Part shown: positions 21,175 to 33,427 of the stretch, piece by piece
Layout of the letters: each line of letters begins with the position of its first letter
How positions within the stretch are numbered: the first letter of the stretch is position 1
Assembly: GCA_951406725.2 (NCBI GenBank)
Contig: OX597815.1
Span: 184,388,001 to 184,452,000, forward strand
DNA: 64,000 bases
Direction of reading: 5' to 3'
Source: Octopus vulgaris
Taxonomy: Eukaryota
Translations under genes and position numbers: made by a program
Notes under the pieces: generated by a model
The model's database searches: none
What the model was told of the DNA's origin: nothing
Seen by the model: the letters and a program-made list of their open reading frames with translations, nothing else

Positions 21175-21921
21175 TACTCTCTCTTTTACTTGTTTCAGTC
21201 ATTTGACTGTGGCCATGCTGGAGCACCGCCTTTAGTCGAGCAAATCGACCCCGGGACTTATTCTTTGTAAGCCCAGTACTTATTCTATCGGTCTCTTTTG
21301 CCGAATCGCTAAGTGACGGGGACGTAAACACACCAGCATCGGTTGTCAAGCAATGCTAGGGGGACAAACACAGACACACACACATACACACATATATATA
21401 TATACATATATACGACAGGCTTCTTTCAGTTTCCGTCTACCAAATCCACTCACAAGGCATTGGTCGGCCCGGGGCTATAGCAGAAGACACTTGCCCAAGA
21501 TGCCACGCAGTGGGACTGAACCCGGAACTATGTGGTTGGTTAGCAAGCTACTTACCACACAGCCACTCCTGCGCCTATTTATATGGATATAGTATAAATA
21601 TCTCGCATAAACCTAACTGAAAAATATCAATTTAAAAATAAAAAGAATAATTTATAAGGGAAGCTATGATGGGGCACTGCCGTTTTAGTCGAAGAAATGG
21701 ACCCCAGGTTTTATCCTTTGTAAGCCTCGTAGTTATTCTATCAGTCTCTTTTGCCGAGCCGCTAAGTTACGGGGACGTAAACACACCAACATCCGCTGTC
21801 AAGCGGTAATGGTGTTGGGACAAATACATACACACACTCATATATATATATATATATATAGATAGATAGATATATATAAACTTAGATATGTTTTGACCAA
21901 AGATTGGTCCAGGCCATATAT

Positions 21922-21954
<33 letters not shown>

Positions 21955-22095
21955 CGACGAGCTTCTTTCAGTTTCCATTTACCAAATCAACTCAGAAGGG
22001 TTTGGTTGGCCTGAGGCTATAGTAAAAGACTCTTGGTAGTGCGACTGAATCCGGAACCGTGTGGTTGAGAAACGAGCTTCTTACCACACAGCCAC
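21175..22095 (-). mobile_element. Two SINE B copies (21175-21577 full; ~21665-22095 diverged)
   Basis: Reverse complement of the family B consensus. Confidence 0.9.
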
Positions 22096-22124
22096 GCAGC
22101 GGCACAACCCCCGAATATATTGTT

Positions 22125-22487
22125 TTTTTTTGAGGGGGGGTGTATAGTCGACTACGTCGCGTGCAGTGTTTCGCTAATGTGTATTTAATTAACCCCAAAG
22201 TCGCCCTGGGCGGCAATTAAAATTTGAACGGAAAGACGGACGAAAAACGCTAATTTTTGTCGGTCCTGCTAACAATTCTACAAGCCACCTTGCCTTGCTA
22301 ATGAATGGGTAATGATGACACCGGGCGAAATACTTAGCGGTCTTTACGTTCTGAGTTCAAATTCCGCCGAGGTCGACTTCGCCTTTCATCCTTTCGGGAT
22401 CGACAAATTAAGTACCAGTTGCGTACTTAATTGATTGGTCCCCCTCCCAAAAAGTTTTGGGCCTTGTGCCTAAAGTAGAAAAGAATT
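22125..22487. mobile_element. Divergent SINE A pair (minus ~22125-22295, plus ~22318-22487)
   Basis: Family A motifs on opposite strands. Confidence 0.8.
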
Positions 22488-23094
22488 ACACGTATAAGCT
22501 TCTCATTTTCGTTAAGACGATCAGGATAAATTGTATGAGTGACTATCACTTTACATCTGTATGTGTGAGTATTACACAGAACAGTTTCATATCTGAGTAC
22601 TTGATGGTAATGATGAAAGGAAATGCTGTAGCAGTCGAGACGTTGTGATAAGTAAATCTGATAGATTTTTTGCTTAGCTCACGCAAATGTGAAGAAAAGA
22701 TCTGACTGGCAAACGGCTATTCTATAATTGGAAATGAACTATTTTTCGAACTCTAAAAATAGGATACATGTTTTTTCTTTTCGTTTTGTAGTGTTGCTTA
22801 ACCTAACGTTGGAGTGATAAGCGGAATTAATCTAATGATTCATGAGTGTTATGTAACGTGAGCAGGTGTGAAGGAATCCATTCCGTCATCTATACTGAGC
22901 GCGGATGCAATCACTACGGTTTCTAGGTTAATAGGGTTATTCGCAATAAAACGGAAAGTTTTCGTTGGTGTTTATATACTGGATGTAGACGGAGATTCGA
23001 CTCCTCTGTAAACAATTTTCTCCATAAAACAGAGATGATCTTTTACCTTGGGACAGCGTTTTCAAAGTCTGCGTTGTTCTTCTACACTATATTT

Positions 23095-23885
23095 TTCCTT
23101 TGCTTGTTTCAGTCATGTGACTGTGGCCATGCTGGAGCACCGCCTTTAGTCGAGCAAATCGACCACAGAACTTATTCTTTGTAAGCCTAGTACTTATTCT
23201 ATCGGTAACTTTTTGCCGAACCGCTAAGTTACGGGGATGTAAACCCACCAGCATCGGTTGTCAAGCGATGTTGGAGGGGACAAACACAGACACACAAACA
23301 TACACATACATATGTATATACACATATATACGACGGGCTTCTTTCAGTTTCCGTCTACCAAATCCACTCACAAGGCTTTGGTCGACCCGAGGCTATAGTA
23401 GAAGACACATGCCCAAGGTGCCACGCAGTGGGACTGAACTCGGAACCATGTGGTTCGTAAGCAAGCTACTTACCACACAGCCACTCCTACGCCTATATTT
23501 TTCTTTGATTTGTCTCAGTCCTTAAATTGCGACCATGCTGGGGCACTACATAAAATAATTTTTAGTTGAATGAATCGACATCAGTACATTCTCATTTTAA
23601 AGCCTGGTACTTATTCTATAGATCCCCTTTGCCGAATCACTCTATGGGGACGTAAATTATGTAACGCCGAGCGTACATACACATGCACACAGACGCCTGC
23701 ATGCAAACTCGCACACACATATTTACGACAGGTTTCTTTCAGCTTCCGTTAACCAGATTCACTCACAAGTCTTTGATTGGTACGAGGCAATAGTAGAAGA
23801 TATTTGATCAAGGTGCCACGCAGTGAGACTGAACCCGGAAGAATGTGGTTGGGAAGCAAGCTTCTTACCACACGACCATGCCTGT
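23095..23885 (-). mobile_element. Two tandem SINE B copies
   Basis: 23095-23495 near consensus; ~23505-23885 older. Confidence 0.9.
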
Positions 23886-23928
23886 ATCTATCTGTATTTA
23901 TAATTTGTTTTCCAACCTCTTATCTTGT

Positions 23929-24262
23929 GAAGGTGCATGGCTCAGTAGTTAGTGCGTCGAGCTTACGGTCTTGAGGTTGTGAGGTCGATTCCCGGACCGG
24001 GCTACATGTTGTAATCTTGAGCAATACACTTTATTTCACGTTGCTCCAGTTAACCCAGCTGTAGAAATAAGTTGCGACATCACTGGTGCCAAGCTGTATC
24101 GGCCCCTTTGCCTTTCCTTTAGATAACATCAGGGGTGTGGAGAGAGGAGGCTGGTATGCATGGGCGACTGCCGGCCTTCCGTAAAAACAACTTTGCCCGG
24201 ACTTGTGCTTCAGAGGGTGCGATCCCATGGTCAGTCATGACCGAAGGGGGTCTCCTCCTCCT
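23929..24262 (+). mobile_element. Modular tRNA-SINE C1 (body X, tail S) with TSD
   Basis: tggctcagtagttag...ggtcgattcccgg head; cttgagcaatacactttatttcacgttgctccagttaacccagctg body; TSD ctctta(t/c)cttgt. Confidence 0.8.
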
Positions 24263-24484
24263 CTCTCTTACCTTGTTGCATTCTTTCTTTCATATTCTAG
24301 TATCTAACATAAATAACGCGCGTGGTGTTTTATAAATAACCTCAAATAATTGCAAAAAATGTGATTGAATTATTTAGACCTATATTTATGTCATTTCATT
24401 TCACTGGCATATGTATATGTAGCAATTTTTTTTGCTTCGTATACAAATTCAACCATTTATTAGATTTTTATGTTGACACATATT

Positions 24485-25478
24485 GATTTCAAATGTTGGC
24501 ACGAGGCCAGGAATATCGGAGAAGTGAGTAAGTGCATTATATCAACTTCACTGTTCACCGAAATGATTAAAGGCAAAGTCAATCTCGGCGGAATTCGGAT
24601 TCAGATAATAAAGTCGGACACAATGCCGTTAAGCATTCTACTAGTTCACCTCTTTATGTTGATACATCTTAAACAATATTTTCCTTTCTAAGGCGGTGAG
24701 CTGGCAGAATCGTTAGTACGCCGGGCAAAATGCGTAGCCGTATTTCGTCTGCCGTTACGTTCTGAGTTCAAATTCCGCCGAGGTTGACTTTGCCTTTCAT
24801 CCTTTCGGGGTCTATAAATTAAGTACCAGTTACGCACTGTGGTCGATGTAATCGACTTAATCCGTTTGTCTGTCCTTGTTTGTCCCCTCTATGTTTAGCC
24901 CCTTGTAGGTAATAAAGAAATAGGTATTTTGTCTGCCGTTACGTTCTGAGTTCAAATTCCGCCGAGGTCGACTTTGCCATTCATCTTTTCTGGGTCGATA
25001 AATTAAGTAACAGTTAAACACTGGTGTCGATGTAATCGACTTAATCCGTCTGTCTGTTTTTGTTTATCCCCTCTGTGTTTAGCTCCTTGTAGGCAATAAA
25101 GAAATAAGAAACGTTAGCATACCGGGCGAAATGCTTAGCGTTATTTCTACTGTTTTTACCAGTAATTTATCAAATCATCGGAATCCTCTATAGTTCCCTC
25201 ATAAGAACAACTATTACGAAATATTTTATTTAATATGCTTATAAAAACATCGGCGGCGTGCTGGCAGAAACGTTAGTACGCCGGGCGAAATGCGTAGCCG
25301 TATTTTGTCTGCCGTTACGTTCTGAGTTCAAATTCCGCCGAGGTCGACTTTGCCTTTCATTCTATTGAGATCGACAAATTAAGTACCAGTTAGATACTGG
25401 GATCGATTTCATCGACCCCCCCCCCTCCGAAAAAAAAAAGAAGAAAAATTCGGGCCTTGTGCCTAGAGTAGAAAATAA
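24485..25478. mobile_element. SINE A cluster (old minus copy, plus-strand multimer 24690-25160, plus copy 25251-25478)
   Basis: Family A consensus; tandem junctions aaagaaata|ggtatttt and aaagaaata|agaaacgttagc. Confidence 0.9.
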
Positions 25479-26162
25479 TATTTTCTTATCTAATCTCGTT
25501 CACCAGATTATTCTCATCCAACATTTTCTGTTTCATTACTCAAATTTCAGTCGCAGATAAAAGTGAGTCTAAGAGAACCAGATTTCAAGTTTTATGGTGT
25601 ATACATTTTTATGTTAACGTTCCACGTTCAGTTTAGATTACACTGATTTTTCTTCAGTGTCTGTCGCGCGACTCAAGTATCTTCAAGCTAAATTAATATG
25701 ACACGGTATTTGTGTGGTACATATTTGTCTACCGGTGTATGTGTGTTTGTGTGTGTTATCTAGTACTCGTGTTTGTTAATTCTTTAGATTTCTCATGCTT
25801 ATATATTGGCTGTATGTGTTAGCAAAGTTGGGATGGGCAATTTCAGAATTTTCTGCCAAATTTCTGCTCGGTTCGTGCCTTGCTATTGTTTTTCTTTTCC
25901 TCCATAACGATACTTTCTATCGCATTTTTTTTTTTTGTTGTTACATCTATCAAAGTGGCATTCTTTCTATCGGAAGAACTAACAAATGTAAAATGCATCT
26001 CGCCAAAAAGTCAAGGAGAAATCCAAATAGAACCGATAATATTTAAATATAAAACGCTCAAAAACATGCTGAATTCAGTAAGGGCTGCAGGCTCCAGATT
26101 AAAAAGTGCATTGAACCACTCTAGGGCAGAAAAACTTACATTACTTGAGGCGTGGCTTCAAA

Positions 26163-26385
26163 CCTATTTCTTTACTACCTACAAGGGGTTAAACACAGAG
26201 AGGACAAACAAGGACAGACAAACGGATTAAAATGATTATATAGACCCCAGTGCGTAACTGGTACTTATTTAATCGACCCCGAAGTAATGAAAGTAAAGTC
26301 GACCTGGGGGGAATTTGAACTCAGAACGTAAATACAGACGAAATACTGCTAAGCATTTCGCCCGGCGTGCTAACGTTTCTGCCAC
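26163..26385 (-). mobile_element. SINE family A
   Basis: Reverse complement of the consensus. Confidence 0.9.
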
Positions 26386-26767
26386 CGAAGCAGTAAAGAA
26401 ATGTTCTTTTTGCACTTATGAACTGCTGCTGATCGGTTGGGGCATGGTAAAAATAAATGTCCCCACGATACCACTAAATGTAGATAGCTCCTTGTTTGTG
26501 GCGGCCGTAATATATAGCATAGACAAAATACAAGACGAGTGGGCGGATGGAAGAGACAATGAGAGAGTCAAACCAGCCGAATTACAAACAGCTGGAGATT
26601 CAAACTGTATACACACTCGATTAACTTAAATCATTATTTCTATTTTTTTGTATTTCATCTCAAATCCTTCCACAGATGTCTAGTTAATTTACTGGATTTA
26701 ATATGAAATGTGTACCATTAGCAATAAGGGTAGCACATGTTTGGAATTATAGATACAGCTAGAGAAA

Positions 26768-27090
26768 ATCATCATCGTCGTCGTTTAACGTTCGTTTTCC
26801 ATGCTAGCATGGGTTGGACGGTTCGACCGGGATCTAGGAAGCCAGAAGGCTGCACCAGGCTCCAGTCTGATCTAGCAGTGTTTCTACAGCTGGATGCCCC
26901 TCCTAACTCCAACCACTCCATGAGTGTAGTGGGTGCTTTTTACGTGCCACCGGCACAGGTGTCAGGCGAGGCTGGCAACGGCCTCGATCGGTTGGTGCTT
27001 TTTACGTGCCAGCGGCATGGAAGCCAGTCAAGGCGGCGTAGGCATTGACCACGTTCGGATGGTGCCTTTTATGTGCCACCGGCACAGGGT
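26768..27090 (-). mobile_element. 5'-truncated SINE-like element (family D) with (GAT/GAC)n tail and internal ~60-bp subrepeats
   Basis: Minus-strand tail ccaacccatgctagcatggaaaacgaacgttaaacgacgacgatgatgat; three ggtgc.ttttta.gtgcca.cggca units. Confidence 0.7.
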
Positions 27091-27142
27091 AGAAAATTAC
27101 CATTTGCAAATCTCACAACGAGAGATATTCACCAACAGTACT

Positions 27143-27394
27143 TTGGACTAAAGATTGTTTGCCAACATAACATGGCAGTTCTGATGTAGGACGAATGTTG
27201 CTGTAATTTAGACCCAGGAGACATCGTCTCCAGCGGGCTATACGACACGATCTGTGTCACTTGTTCGAAAATATAAGGACACAGATCGTGTTGTATAGCC
27301 ATCTGGAGACGATGTCTCCTGGGGCGAAATTTCAGCAAGATTCTTCCTAAATCAGGACTGCCATGTAATGTTGGTAAATAATCTTTACTCCGAA
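27143..27394. repeat. Foldback element, ~115-bp arms and ~19-nt loop
   Basis: cccaggagacatcgtctccag..ggctatacgacacgatctgtgtc / gacacagatcgtgttgtatagcc..ctggagacgatgtctcctggg. Confidence 0.9.
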
Positions 27395-27759
27395 TCAATC
27401 TGCATTCGCATTTTCTTTATCCGCTTTTTATGTCCAGCGTGCTATAAGGCGCCTATTTCAAGTGAACATTAGTCTCTCGTTGTTAAGTATTTTAATACTG
27501 TAGTTTCAGCAACGGGATTTACTTTTCATTGCAATGTATTACTAAAGTTAATAAATGTTAAAAGGAATTCATAATTAGAAAACAAAATGATAACGCCTTG
27601 AACCGCTGCGTTGACGTTTGACCTTATAAGGATTGCAAATAAATCCATTTCAAGTCATACGCCATGATTGAATATGATACATTGAAAAATAACAGGGCTA
27701 TTGATATACGATGTCTGAATGAATGGGAGCACATTTGGTGATATTTCTTTTGAATTAGA

Positions 27760-27980
27760 AGGCGGTGAGCTGGCAGAAACGTTAGCACGCCGGGTGAAAT
27801 GCGTAGCCGTATTTCATCTGCCGTTACGTTCTGAGTTCAAATTCCGCCGAGGTCGACTTTGCCTTTCATCATTTCGGGGTCGATAAATTAAGTACCAGTT
27901 ACGCACTGGGATCGATATAATCGACTTAATCCGTTTGTCTGTCCTCTGTGTTTAACCCCTTGTGGGTAATAAAGAAATAG
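27760..27980 (+). mobile_element. SINE family A with ~20-bp TSD
   Basis: Flanked by gatatttctt(t/a)tgaattaga. Confidence 0.95.
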
Positions 27981-29100
27981 ATATTTCTTATGAATTAGAT
28001 TTGACCAAGGAAAATTAACATCGAATCAAATAACGAACCGAATTCTAAATATTGTAAAGTTTAAATTCAAAAGTTTTATAGTTCTATTAATAATTGGTTG
28101 TTATTGAGACCTTTTGTGTTTTACAGGAGTAAACCTATTATGAAAGTCTTGCCACACGAGAGTATCTATATCGCTGAGTATCTATATGCCAAATGGGAGT
28201 AATTATAAATTAGTGCATGTATAAATGGATTTTATTGCAATATTTAGTTGATTGACAAACTATGCAGAAAGTCCCATATTTGATTACAAAGAGGTAGATA
28301 TTCGATTTTTTATTACCCACAAGGGGCGAACATAGAGGGGACAATACAATGCCTAGAAATAATTCCCAACAAACTTAATCAAATTCGGTTCCTAATACAA
28401 AAATGTTTGTTTCAAATTTTGGTACAACACCTGCAATTTCGGTGAAGAGCTAAGTCGACTACATCGACCGCCTAATATCAGAATTGACCATTTATTATAC
28501 GTGAGAGATATTTTCATTTTCGAAAATGAATTCTCGTTCTTGTGAAGCGTAGTTTTAATTATTCACCAGTAATATTTGTGCCATCAAATTCGTAAGTTCG
28601 TAAGCACATGCTCTTTATATCTATCTATCTATGTATCTATCTATCTATCTATCTATCTATCACGTACACACAGACACAAACATACGCAAACGCATATTTG
28701 TTTTTTTTGTTGATTAATGAAGCTATCATAGTTTTCATGCCAAGAATTCTTCGCAATTAACAAGCCTGCCACATGGAATGTTGGTATTCGTTTCTCTCCT
28801 GGATGAAACTACACCGACGCTACACAAGATTGTGCGGGATATGGGAACGCCTGTTTCGCTGGTTTCGATGTACGAACGTGCAGTTGTCGTATCATAAGAG
28901 GTGCATGTTCATTGAATCAGCGTGCAGCATGGTTCTCTACTCAACAGACACGTATACTGGAGTATACTCAATTCGACGAACTTTTATACAATTCTCGTCA
29001 GTCGAATTTCAATCAATAGCATTGCAATGTCACTGGTACAAGAACTTATGAAATGAATGGAAGTCAGAACAAATCAGGCAGAAGTGTATAATATTATAAC

Positions 29101-29103
29101 ATG

Positions 29104-29148
<45 letters not shown>

Positions 29149-29166
29149 AAGACAGAGAGAGAGATG

Positions 29167-29198
<32 letters not shown>

Positions 29199-29224
29199 CA
29201 TACACAAAGACAGAGAGAGAGATG

Positions 29225-29274
<50 letters not shown>

Positions 29275-29293
29275 CACAAAGACAGAGAGAGAG

Positions 29294-29330
<37 letters not shown>

Positions 29331-29358
29331 TATACATACACAAAGACAGAGAGAGAGA

Positions 29359-29390
<32 letters not shown>

Positions 29391-29413
29391 CATACACAAA
29401 GACAGAGAGAGAG

Positions 29414-29452
<39 letters not shown>

Positions 29453-29479
29453 TATACATACACAAAGACAGAGAGAGAG

Positions 29480-29524
<45 letters not shown>

Positions 29525-29562
29525 CAGAGAGAGAGAGAGAGATGTGTGTATATATATATATA
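29101..29562. repeat. Composite minisatellite, ~7 units of cacaaagacagagagagagatgt-(TA)n
   Basis: Direct reading; period ~55-70 bp varies with TA length. Confidence 0.95.
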
Positions 29563-29695
29563 TTAATAAAAAGAATTCCAACCTTGTCTGATTTTCACGT
29601 TTTATTTACAATCTTATAATGATATATTATAAGATAATATATTATAATTGAATAAAATAAAATGAAATAGTAGAATGTTAAATATTCATTCTGAT

Positions 29696-29740
29696 TGAAC
29701 TAGTACTTTCATGCATTGAATTCTGCAATCTTCGGGTTCA
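29696..29740 (-). ncRNA. Minimal type I hammerhead motif (U4C variant) in pLTR
   Basis: TGAAC-CCGAAGA-T-TGCA gaattcaa TGCA-T-GAAA-GTAC-TA-GTTCA; cleavage triplet CUA. Confidence 0.7.
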
Positions 29741-30234
29741 TGTAGTAGTGTTGACAGTCATGCTTCACAATTTTTGACTGTAGCAAGATGAGTGATTCTG
29801 TGCTATAAATACAGCTGGGTAGGCTCCAGAGTGCTAGGTTTTGCAAACTGTATTCTGACCAATCAGTGTGTAGTATCACTCAATTACTTAAGCTGATTGG
29901 TTGGTTGAGCTGATTGGTTTAGGAATCACGCTTTGTTGGACAGGTCAAGAGTCCTGTATCTTGACCCTGGCCGAAGCAGCAATTGTTGGGTTATTTTTAG
30001 AAATGTTGTAAATATCCTTTGTCAGAGATTTTTATATTTTTATATTTCAATTGTCATCATCATCATTGTCAGCACCTTAATTATTGTTGCTAGTGGTGAT
30101 GGTGGTGGCAATAGAACTTTTAACCCTAAATAAGATAATTTTCCTGCTATCTTCGTCTTGATCACCTTTAGTATTGTTGTTGTTGTTAGTGGTCATGGTC
30201 GTAGCAGTGGAAGTAATACCTCTAAGTATTATTA

Positions 30235-31270
30235 TTATTGCTTATTTAGCTTGGGTTCGAATTTATCAATAAAATTCTTTTCTCTGATTTTCCTCTCGAT
30301 TTCACTTGGGCTGTGTAATTTGTAGAATGGAAATATTATATATATTTTCCGACCACATGTTGCTAGGTGGTTACTCAAAGGTATCTGACGGACCTCTGGG
30401 TCTCTAATCTGTTGCCGGTGTACACGTGAGCGTTCTAATAGTGCGTTTCCCGTCTGACCTACATATATTTCTTCACAATTTGGGCATTTGATGCAGTAAA
30501 TTAAATTTCTGCTTTTGCAGTTCATATTCGCGTTTGTGAATATTTTCCCGGTTTTTGTGTTTATATATTGACCGGTATGTATGAATTGGCATGTGCCACA
30601 TCGGCTATCATTGCATTTAGATACCGTGAATGTTTGGTCTTTGTTGCTGAGGTTAAATTTTGCCTTTGTTAGTAATGTTTTCAAGTTTTTAGGCTGTCTT
30701 TTACTAAGCACCATAGCTCGATCCTTGATTATGTCTTTTAATTCATTACTTTGGGCAATGATTGGTAGGTTTGCTTTGGCAATGTTGAAGATATTCTGGT
30801 GACATGGGTTGTGTGTCACTATGAATGGTATGACTTGTTCTTGTTTTCCTCTTCCTTGGGTTGTCCTAAGTTGTTGTATAGGTATTTTTATAGCCCGCTG
30901 TATGCCATTTTCTATAAGTAGAGATGGGTATTTTTGTTTGAGCAAAAATTCTCTTAGTTCTATTAGGCGTTTGTTCCTGATATTTGCATCTTCTACAATA
31001 GTACAAATTCTTCTGGCTAGGCAGTATGGGATGTTACGTTTTGTATGTGGTGGATGGCACGACTTAAAATTTAGGTATTGATGTGTGTCTGTGTGTTTAT
31101 AGTATATATCTGTGGTGATGGTGGTGTCTTTTTTAATTACCATTATATCCAGGAATGGTAATTTGGTACTACTCATCTCCTTTGTAAATTTGAGAGATGG
31201 GTGTAAGTTGTTCAGGAGGATATTGAACTCTTCCAGAGTATTTAGAGATTCTGTCCAGATTATGAAACAT
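30235..31270 (-). CDS. Penelope-like RT thumb plus GIY-YIG endonuclease (~345 aa, truncated just after the YxDD motif)
   Basis: ORF 30235..31344; residues upstream of CFIIW are microsatellite-derived. Confidence 0.9.
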
Positions 31271-33089
31271 AATATATATATACATACAGAGAGAGAGAGA
31301 GATGTGTATATATATATATATATATATATTTGTATGCTGTGCATATATGTAAATGATTGTGTTCTTCATGGTATACAAATGTCGATTTGACGTTGAGATT
31401 TTTCCCTTATAAAGAAATTAAGAAAATTAGATATAAACGAAATAAGCAACAAAACCAAAATACAATATATTTTAATATCATCTCTTAGCAAACATCATAT
31501 TTTGAGATTAACTCAGGAGTATAAAAAGTAAGACTCTATTCACATTTAATAAGATGAAGTTCATATTTCTTTTATCCTTTCTTGTAATTCCCCTCGTTTT
31601 ATTTTTAATTTCTATTTTTATGTATTTTTAGGTTTCTTTCTTTATTCACTGGTTCCTTGTAATTTTTTTTTTTGTTTTGTTGCGTCTTCATTTGTTTATT
31701 TATTTATAGCACTCCTATTCACTTTCTTTCTTCTGCCCTACTTCAAACATTTATATTCATGTTTGTGTAATTCTATATATTTGTTTTCCTTTTCCGTTTT
31801 CTCTCTGCTATTATTTACTTCAATTACGTTGCCCCATCGTTTCCTTCAATTTCATTTTTATTTTTTACATTCTTTTTTCTTTACTTTCAACCTTCTCTTT
31901 TCCTATGTTCGTTACTTTCACTCTTACTTTTCTTTTCTTCCTTTAATCTTTTTCTACCCGTTATATTGTTTGCACGCTTCAAATTTATCCGCCATTGTCC
32001 CATAGAAACTGCAGACTGCGTATTATATCTTATGCTTCAGTAGAACAATGTCTAGAGTTAAGGTAATTCACATTGTTCAGTGTAAAACGTTAAAACTAAT
32101 GGTTTGTTACTGAGGCATAAAATATGACGAACATCTAGGCAAACATTTGACCTGCTAAAAATATGAACCAAATCTCTCTCAAATCATACCCTACTATACT
32201 AAACAGTTAAATGCAGATGATAATGTATTCCTGAGAAGCAAAATGGAATGGTGGTCACAATTGGAATGCTTCAGATCATTAGTCTACACTATTCCCATGG
32301 ACCTAAACAACAATAACAACAGCAACAACGATATCTACAACACTTAAATAAATTCAATTTTTGTTTTTGGCGGTGGGGGAAATGGTATGTTGTGATATTC
32401 ACATATATAAATATTTAATTTTATTTGTTAGGGAATAAAAATTCCGGCATAACAGGGGTTCAAATTATTCTCAATGAAGAAATATATATTTTTATTTAGA
32501 GATTGTAGGCCCCTTCATCTCACCATATAAAAAAGAATTTTTATTTTAAGTACCTACTATTTTATAACTTGGCTAATATATACCAGCCGGTTCTCTCGAC
32601 CGATTCTCCGATCACTAACGACTATATCTGGAAACAGCGAAAGTATAAATATTGGGAAATAATGATCAGCTTTTACGGAGATTTATTGCATCCACTCTGC
32701 TCCAGTTCAAAAATGTCGGTACTTTTCAAGAACTTCTTTGGCAGTTCAGTTCCCCAATTAATCATTCTCGTTGTTCTACTTTTAGAACGCATATATAATG
32801 TTACCTCGCATTAATTCAAGACTGCGCAGTTTTGAGAAATATGCATATTTCAATGGAAACCAGTTCAGTGCTGACAATTGTTTCGTTTGGATGTAAAGAG
32901 ACTAATCTTTCTATCACTTGACGGCTTAGCAATAGTACTGATCTATGTGAGAAAAATTCTGCTGAACTACAAATTCCTGTTGTTCGAGAATAAGCGTCCA
33001 ATCCTATAAAACATATCTGGAATATATGTGGGCCACTTGAAATGTAAACATTTCCCTCAATCCTTTACACACACGCACGCACACACATT

Positions 33090-33427
33090 TTTTTTTAGTT
33101 TCAGCCATTTGACTGCGACCATGCTCGAGTACCGCCTTTAGTCGAACAAATCGACTCCAGGACTTACTCTTCGTAAGCCTAGTACTTATTCGTATTATCT
33201 CTTTTGCCAAAGCGCTAGAGTGGGGAGACGTAAACACACCAACATCGGTTGCCAAGCGATGATGGGGGCACAAACACAGACACACAAACATATACACATA
33301 CATATATGCGATGGGCTTCTTTCGGTTCCCGTCTATCAAATCCACTCACGTGGCTTTGGTCGGCCCTAGGCTATAGTAGAAGACACTTGCCCAAGGTGCG
33401 ACGCAGTGGGACTGAACCCGGAACCAT
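33090..33427 (-). mobile_element. SINE family B (5'-truncated)
   Basis: Reverse complement of the consensus. Confidence 0.9.

Larger units (their letters stand above)
29563..31270 (-). mobile_element. 5'-truncated Penelope-like element (RT C-terminus, GIY-YIG, pLTR)
   Basis: Uninterrupted ORF with LPFLD, YYKHTDTHQYL, SCHPPHTKRNIP, C..C, NLIYCIKCPNCEEIYVGQTG...H and PKLN; hammerhead in the 3' region. Confidence 0.95.

Noticed and set aside
21353-21592. Recurrent ORF 'RRASFSFRLPNPLTRLWSARGYSRRHLPKVPRSGTEPGTMW' appearing as a gene family
   Set aside because: Antisense translation of SINE B
22791-22864. Strong plus-strand acceptor with a possible exon
   Set aside because: All three frames close quickly; no support without RNA data
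25795-26230. Hydrophobic overlapping ORFs
   Set aside because: Driven by T-rich low complexity and running into a SINE
26925-27090. CRISPR-like repeat-spacer pattern
   Set aside because: Eukaryotic context, degenerate repeats, related spacers, no cas genes, and located within a SINE
32585-33005. Minus-strand exon-like pieces (IVVSDRRIGRENRL; YFSKLRSLELMR, LRR-like)
   Set aside because: Frames are inconsistent and the needed acceptor is purine-rich; cannot build a credible model
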